Below are positions 58,621-64,000 of a DNA stretch of 64,000 nucleotides, in pieces. Position numbers and translations under genes: made by a program. Every line of letters begins with the position of its first letter. Position 1 is the first letter of the stretch. Origin of the DNA: Raillietiella orientalis (Eukaryota); NCBI GenBank assembly GCA_036172245.1, contig JAYWIR010000017.1, positions 2,914,001 through 2,978,000 of the forward strand, in the 5' to 3' direction. The notes under the pieces were generated by a model. That model saw only the letters and a program-made list of their open reading frames with translations, was not told where the DNA came from and did no database searches.

Positions 58621-61600
58621 GGAAACCGGAAAACGGAATCCAGTGGCGCAGAATGGAAAACAAATTTCAGATGGATGAATCGGTGCCGCAGATCGAATGA
58701 TTTATGAACGGTCTCTTCAAAATGAGCCACGTTTCTTTCTGCTGCCCTTTGCAAAATGGACCCTAGGCATGGTAAAACTGAATCTTAATTAATATTTTGA
58801 TTTGTCGCTTCGTGGGTTCCGTAATTCCTGATTCGCTAATCATCCGATATTTCTTCCCGAAACGCAGGGTATGTTTCAAAAGGACCGACGCGCGTTGCAT
58901 GTGCTTCTGCATAGAAAACAACGAGGTTGCATTTAATTAGAAAGAACAGTGTCAGTGTTGAAAGAAATGTTGAGTCCCAAGTGCTGTAGCAAAATAACTG
59001 ATTCCCTACGCATTCACGATATATCAATTTCATTGGCACGTTTCACTGAGAATAATTCATATTCGCATCCCAAGCGCTGAGCCTGGATGCGGAGCTGCAC
59101 TCGAATATTCGCAGTCATCTGCCGATGAATTTTCGATTGCTCATTTGTATCCTAACGATCTTGGGCTCGCTGATGGAAAAATGGAATCCGGAAGCAAACG
59201 GGAGATGGTATGAATGGCGGGAGACCTCTTTTTCGAAAGCAAAACAGCAGCAGCAGCAGCAGCACACGGGGCTCGTGCGGGCGTCTTCCTCCTAGGAGGC
59301 GATCGCAGCATGCTGTTCCAGTTTCTTCTTTTCGGAGTCCTAAGGATGCGTTTCCCACATGTACATTGTATACACACACAAGGCAGGGAAGCTCAAATCT
59401 TTCAAATCGATTGGTTGACTTACGGTTTTCAGCTGAGCCCTACGAAGAAGGAGTTACCAGGAATAGATCACGACAAAGGGGGCGAAGTACTTTTAGTGCA
59501 GGTTAACAGCAGGCAGAATCTCCTGGATTCATTACTCCCACATTAATTACTTCCTGAATAATTCATATTACAAGCAACTATCTCTGCATGCTTATATGTT
59601 CAGACGTCAGTAAAATTTTCATGTGTGTACTGTGCTGACAAATCCATGCATTGATTGCCAAATTTTTATGAGGGTCCCCTTAAATTCAAAATTTAAATTA
59701 CCTGCAGTGCATCTTAATGTACTTCAGGAAAAGCGAAGACAAGAACAACTGTACTATGTGCATTTAATGTAATCGAATTTCAAGCTTCATCAAAAGTTGT
59801 ATGAGCAGAATTCACAAAATTACATATTCATTGCCTATTGATTGGGATTTTTTTTTTCTTTTTCTGTCTCAGAGCCACATTCTTTGTCATGCATCAGGCG
59901 GGATCTTGTATCATCTCCTTCCGGATGCCCACGTCCCAGTGTGAATCGCACCGATTTCAGCGGTCGCTTCTCGGAACTTAATTAAGAAGTAAGGGCTTGT
60001 GGATCTAATTAAGAAGTAAGGTCGTATCTCGACAAAGTGAAATGCATGTCCTGGTGACATGTGTGGGTTTCACAGACTTTTGCAAAAATTAAATATGTGA
60101 AAAGGCGTTTTCCATTTCGCTGGGCAAGTAGTGCCTCAGCTCTCAGCTGTATGGGAGCTCTCTGATCTGCCCAGAAGCTATTCTATGTTGGTGCAAAATC
60201 AGACTGGATTGTGTTCCAAGGGTTCCCGAATTTACGGGAACATTTTCCCAAAAGAAGTAAGATGCCAAGTGAACTGCATGCTTCATTTTCTGGTCCCTCA
60301 TTTCCGGCTGCTAACAACATGGTTGGTGTCGAGAGTGTGCAGATTAACGAGGCGCTCCCCTGTTTCCGAGAGAGCTCAAGGCGACTTCCAGGTCGTGCAG
60401 CTCTTCTTTGTGATCTCGCCGAGCAACGATGCTCGTGCTTTCGGTGCCATCTTTGCGAATTCGGGGGGCTTTGGTCACAAAATCGTGCTTTCGTCGCAAA
60501 AGATTCCCGGCACGTTGCGTGGAGGCTAGAAACCTGAGCACCCAGAACCGAATCCTCATCCCTTCTCTCAGAATAGATGTTTTACTGAGCCTTTCACTTG
60601 GGATTCAGTGCTACTTTGCGAATTATCCTGGAAAAGATGAGCTGGAGCAAAAGGTTTTTTTGCTAAGTATGCTGTGGAGCGGAAGGGAGGATAGGAACGA
60701 TGGTCGCCCTCGTATCTTCCGCTCGCGAGATGGTGTTCAAATTTTCCCATTACGTGTTTCGTGTTCCCAGCCTGGCTCGTGAGCGATGTCACTGCGATGT
60801 GTGCGGACCCGTGTGAAGCCTGATTCCCGCAAGACAACCCATTTAGAAAAACTGCTATTTTCCCCAGAAATTCAAGCTTCACGAAACCCGCCACTGCATG
60901 TGAAACGAGTAGGCATCGTAGGGACTTCTTTCCCAGCTGACAATCACCGGGATCGCCAAATTTTCATGAATCAGCGCTAAATATCCTTCAGTTAATTGGC
61001 AGTTCACTTTAGCGAGGCTGGTTCCAGAACCGTTGCAGATGGAGAACGTGTCCATTCCTGAAGAATTATTGCGCCTCTTGCAGCCGCTGTCCCTTCAGCT
61101 CGCTGGCAACAAGATACCCTGCCGGTAAAGAAATTCCATGTTCGAGGAAGAATCGCGGACAAGGAAGATGAATTGCACGGATCGCGCGATTTGTTCCTCT
61201 GCTTGAAATTTGTCAACTTTTGCCATCGCCTCCCAAACTTCATGCCCCAACGATTAGGAACTTTTATGAATCGAATATTTGCAGCAAACCGCAAGAAAGG
61301 CTGCTGCGCCTTTCATTCTTCAGAGAACGAGAGCAACCGTTTCTAAGACAGAACCTAATTGTGGTCGCAGGCATGGTGGAACAAAAAGAAGGGATACCCA
61401 GATGATTCCCATATTCAGACGATGAAATGTTACTTTGAGCAGAGAGACGGAGACCCTCAGGAAGAATGGGGGATTCCGTTGGAAAGACTTGGAGCCAAAA
61501 TGAATGCGAGGCATTTAGGTGACGAGGACGGACGGTAGGTGACGAGGGGAAGCACGCCCTTAGGGATAGAAGTGCCAAATGTGACTCCACCACGGCGTTC

Positions 61601-63479
61601 AGCCTGACCGCTTCGGTTTGCGGTGGCACGGGATTCTTGGCACCCAGAGTGAGATCAACTCCCCACCGACTGACTGGTTTCTGGATCACGCTGCTGCGCG
61701 GCGTAGGGGCCTGGGCAGAGCCCTACTGCAGCGTGTAGTTTCCTGCGCAGGACGAGGAAATGCGATCCAAACTCTCGTTTTCTCCAGCTCGCCATCATTC
61801 CCAAGTTCAATACACCATGGCGCATCATCCCCTACGCTTTTCTACTGCTTGTTGAATTTTTTTAATGTGGAGTATTTATGAAAGAAGGAAGGTTGGGTTC
61901 GAGTTCTTGGAAAGCAAAACAGGAGCACGTACAAGAAATGAAAAACACTTGCGGGCACGGATGCAGTGATAAGGAAACGAGACTTTCTTCCGAGGGAGGG
62001 AATCGGGCAGCATTGACGCGAAGAAGATGGGAAAAAACTGGAAGTTTTTGCAGACTTCTCAACACCATCGGCCCCACAGTGTACGTGTGTTGTTTATTCG
62101 GACCAAGAGCGCATCTGTGTATCACTACCATCCCATAAGATGGCAACCAAACCGCGGTTTTCGAAGCAGTGAAGAAAAAAAAAAGATCGTTGTCTTTCAT
62201 AACGTGCAACAGGCACTCAGTGAACCATCCGCAACCCCATCGTTCTTTCATTATGCAGCACCCTGCAGTCGTGAACCGCTTCCTTTCAGAACAATCCCAA
62301 ACCAGTGTCACGTCCAGTCGTGTCCATCGACTAACTTTTGCATCATCCATCGCAAGCCATTTTCCATAGAAACAGCAGCTCTGAAATGCGTGTCACAGAC
62401 CTGCAAGTGTATCGGCTCCTGGGTGCCTTCCTTCGCGTTTTTCATTCCTTCCTTGTTTTCCTGGTGACCTCCAGCGTGTGAAGGCCGTTCTCTGCGATTA
62501 CTGGCTGAACGTGTCAATGCGATTATCGAAGGCGCGTTTTCGGAAGCCTCGTCTCTTCACGGAAATGCTCGCCTCGTTGAGGACACCTCTTGCGCTGCTG
62601 TGCTTCTTCTGCTCGTCTGGATGAGGAACGAGGGTGCCTGGCGTTCGGTTTCAAGTGCGTTAGCTGCCTCGCACCGAGTGAGGATCTCCCTGTCACCTTG
62701 ACTAACGAAATTTCTTTTTTTTTGCTTTTCTCGTGCTCTCCCTCACCGCAGCAAGACGAGAGACACCCTTTCCCCCCCCCCTCCCTCACTCCCTCCGTGG
62801 TGCACATTCTTCCCCAGGTAAGGTTGCGTAGTTTGCCTCGAAGACAATGCCCAGATCCCTTTTGTAAACGAGTATTGCATTCCATCTTAGAGGGGCAATG
62901 CAAACAGAGACGACCCAGACGAGTGGCCGTCCTGCATGTGCTTTTATTTTTTTGAACTAATAGATTTTTAATGCCCCTTTTTGTTGCAAGCTGTAAACAG
63001 GATTACCGAGACCACAAATTTGAAAGCTCGTCCTGAAATCCATTGCTGAGCCTTGAAACCGAAAGAGAAACTCGGGAACGGGAGTAATTTTACGACTGCT
63101 TCATCCTCTGAGCATCTGGACTGTTTTTTTTTTTTTTTTTTGGCTTTCTTTTCCTTCTTCTTTCTCCTCTCTTCTCAAAAGGTGTTCTGCGGAGACTTAC
63201 ATAATAAAACGGAAACGGAAACGGCGCAGCAAGTCCTTTGGCTCGTTATGGTAGGATCGAGTTCTTCTATCGTCCTCTCGGATCGGAAACAGTTGTGCTT
63301 CCTGCAGAAACGTGTGGAGCGGGGTGCCCGAGTACAATAGGGGGCATCCCGCGAATTTGGGAGACCTGCACTGAACTGAGGGTAGAATAATAACCCGAGA
63401 ACCATGCAAAGGAAACAGCAACAACAACAAAAAAAAAAAATAAGGATGAGTTGGGTGGAATCGAAGAGAGCTGATAAAA

Positions 63480-63880
63480 GGATGGGTGTTGTTCCCCATT
63501 TACGGCGGAGGGCTTTACATCACCGGGAGCAGAGCTCGGGAAACCGGATAGGCGGCTGGCTCCTGGGAGAGGAACGCCATAGTAAATCCTTCCTGCTATC
63601 AGGTTTCACGGGGGAGGGGAATTTCATTTTTCACCTGGAGGCACCAAAGGCTCCTTGGTCTGCTCTCGTACGAGAGGTGTTCGCTCTCTCCCTTCGGGAA
63701 TACTACGGTCCTGCAAAGATTCGAAGATTTCTCAGCGAGCCGAGAGTTGGGGAACTTGCGTGCTGCTTTTTATTGAAGCCCGAAATAACATCACGAGAAG
63801 AAGGTGATCAAATATTAATTTGGCATGAGCAGTCGCAGTCAATCGATTCTACTGCTTCTATTGGATTCATGGCACTCGAT
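63480..63880 (-). mobile_element. Degenerate CR1-type LINE RT fragment
   Basis: DVISG, NLRIFA (IRLFADD), ADQGAF..*KMKF (Q.DL..L..W.MKFN). Confidence 0.4.
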
Positions 63881-64000
63881 TTCGACATCTAGTAGATCCT
63901 ATCCCACTCCACTATGTTTTTCGTTTTTTTTAGATCTTTTGCATCCGACTCGGTTTTACATGCTGCAGTTTCTTTTGAAAAGAGCATAAAAAGTAAGAGC

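Noticed and set aside
1..64000. CRISPR array, operon, rRNA or prokaryotic defence system
   Set aside because: No regularly spaced repeat-spacer units, no rRNA-like sequence and no dense intronless genes. Spliceosomal introns show the DNA is eukaryotic.

Overview
Eukaryotic (arthropod-like) genomic DNA, not prokaryotic; almost all long ORFs in the six-frame track are artefacts of high GC content. The left half (about 4.9-29.6 kb, minus strand) holds a multi-exon receptor protein tyrosine phosphatase of the Ptp99A / PTPRG-PTPRZ type. I traced it by hand through 17 phase-compatible exons (3174 nt, 1058 codons): signal peptide, a candidate 18-nt microexon, one Ig domain, four FN3 repeats, a TM helix, an intact catalytic D1 domain and the first half of D2. 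I could not find the rest of D2 in 1-4918, so it probably lies beyond the window start. One intron needs a non-canonical GC donor. The right half (about 31-64 kb) has no intact gene that I can support and becomes more AT-rich after about 41 kb. It is a graveyard of very decayed non-LTR retrotransposons (including a near full-length R2/NeSL-like fossil), plus a frameshifted PAN/Apple (nyobe/neyo-like) pseudogene, short duplications and purine-rich repeats. I found no convincing new multi-gene system. The best leads are the splicing features of the PTP gene, the PAN pseudogene, the R2-like fossil and a young promoter-like 120-bp direct repeat. All family assignments come from motif recognition by eye, not from database searches.
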